NCBI RefSeq assembly: GCF_018350175.1
Contig: NC_058368.1
Coordinates: 12,028,001 to 12,092,000, forward strand
DNA from: Felis catus
Taxonomy: Eukaryota
DNA: 64,000 bases
Reading direction: 5' to 3'
Shown: piece by piece, positions 63,306 through 64,000 of the stretch
How positions within the stretch are numbered: the first letter of the stretch is position 1
Layout of the letters: every line of letters starts with the position of its first letter
The notes under the pieces: generated by a model
Told to the model about the DNA's origin: nothing
Databases searched by the model: none
What the model saw: the letters and a program-made list of their open reading frames with translations, nothing else
Made by a program: the position numbers and the translations under genes

Positions 63306-63531
63306 CTTTTTTTTTTTTTTTTGAAGTTTTTAATGTTTATTTATTTTTGAGAGAGAGAGACAGAGTGTGAACACAGAAGGGGCAGAGAGAGAGGGAGACA
63401 CAGAATCTGAAGCAGGCTCCAGGCTCTGAACTGTCAGCACAGACCCTGATGCGGGGCTTGAATTCACAGGCTGCAAGATCATGACCTAAGCTGAAGATGG
63501 ATGCTTAACTGACTGAGCCACTCAGGTGCCC
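63306..63531 (-). mobile_element. SINEC_Fc-like SINE at the LTR end
   Basis: TSD gaagagacaccatattc/gaagagacatcacgttc. Confidence 0.92.
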
Positions 63532-64000
63532 GAAGAGACATCACGTTCGTTCTTGATCAGTGCACTTAGGTGTGTGTCACTTTCATCGATCTTTACAAAA
63601 AAAAACTGCTTTTATTTTCATTGATTTTCTTTATTGTTTGATTTTTATTTTATTTATTTCTGATATTACTTTCTTTCTTCTACTTATTGTGGGCTTAACT
63701 TGTTCTTTTTCTAGCTTCTTTAAGGGGACTCTTAGATAATTGATTTTAGATCTTCCTTCATTTGAAACTGTAAGTTTTCCTATAGGCATTCCTTTAACTA
63801 AATGCCATAAGCTTTACTATGTTTTGTTCTCATTTTCAGTTAGAGCAGAATAGCTTCTAATTTTTGTGTGTGTGTTTTATCTCTGGGATCTACGTGTTTA
63901 GAAATATATTGTTCAATTGATACATATTTGGGTATAGCCCAGATATATTTCTGTTATTGAGTTCTACTTTTACTCTTTTAATAGGTCAGAAAACACATGC

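Larger units (their letters stand above)
52095..64000 (-). mobile_element. Long old L1 (L1M-type; 3' UTR then ORF2) fragmented by nested insertions
   Basis: ORF 54179-54376 LLELVSKFSEATGIKVNIQKSIPFLYTNN matches L1 RT region; L1-like sequence resumes after each insertion up to the window end. Confidence 0.85.

Noticed and set aside
1..64000. CRISPR arrays, rRNA, intact tRNA genes, operon-like systems
   Set aside because: None seen; this is eukaryotic repeat-rich DNA and the tRNA-like motifs belong to SINE heads

Overview
This window is mammalian genomic DNA. The many young SINEC_Fc-type tRNA-derived SINEs point to a felid (cat family). It looks intergenic or intronic and is dominated by interspersed repeats, and I cannot support any intact protein-coding gene. 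The ORF track mostly reflects SINE, L1, ERV and DNA-transposon remnants. Main structures: (1) an LTR16-flanked ERVL-type provirus at 5.4-9.2 kb, followed directly by a second 5'-truncated ERVL with its own LTR; (2) an internally deleted Tigger1, a hAT (Blackjack-like) transposase fossil and a third, inverted ERVL pol remnant at 18-23 kb; (3) a long old L1 at 52-64 kb carrying nested MLT1/LTR/SINE insertions and a 6.3 kb two-LTR class I ERV with a decayed env. The most interesting signals in unique sequence are a 95-bp, ~95% identical dispersed duplication with a stem-loop (39.1 and 42.3 kb), a well-formed 17-nt minus-strand micro-exon candidate (16.2 kb) and a few motif clusters. I found no evidence for a novel multi-gene system. 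Repeat family names come from recalled consensus sequences, and old-repeat boundaries are approximate; both need RepeatMasker/Dfam confirmation.
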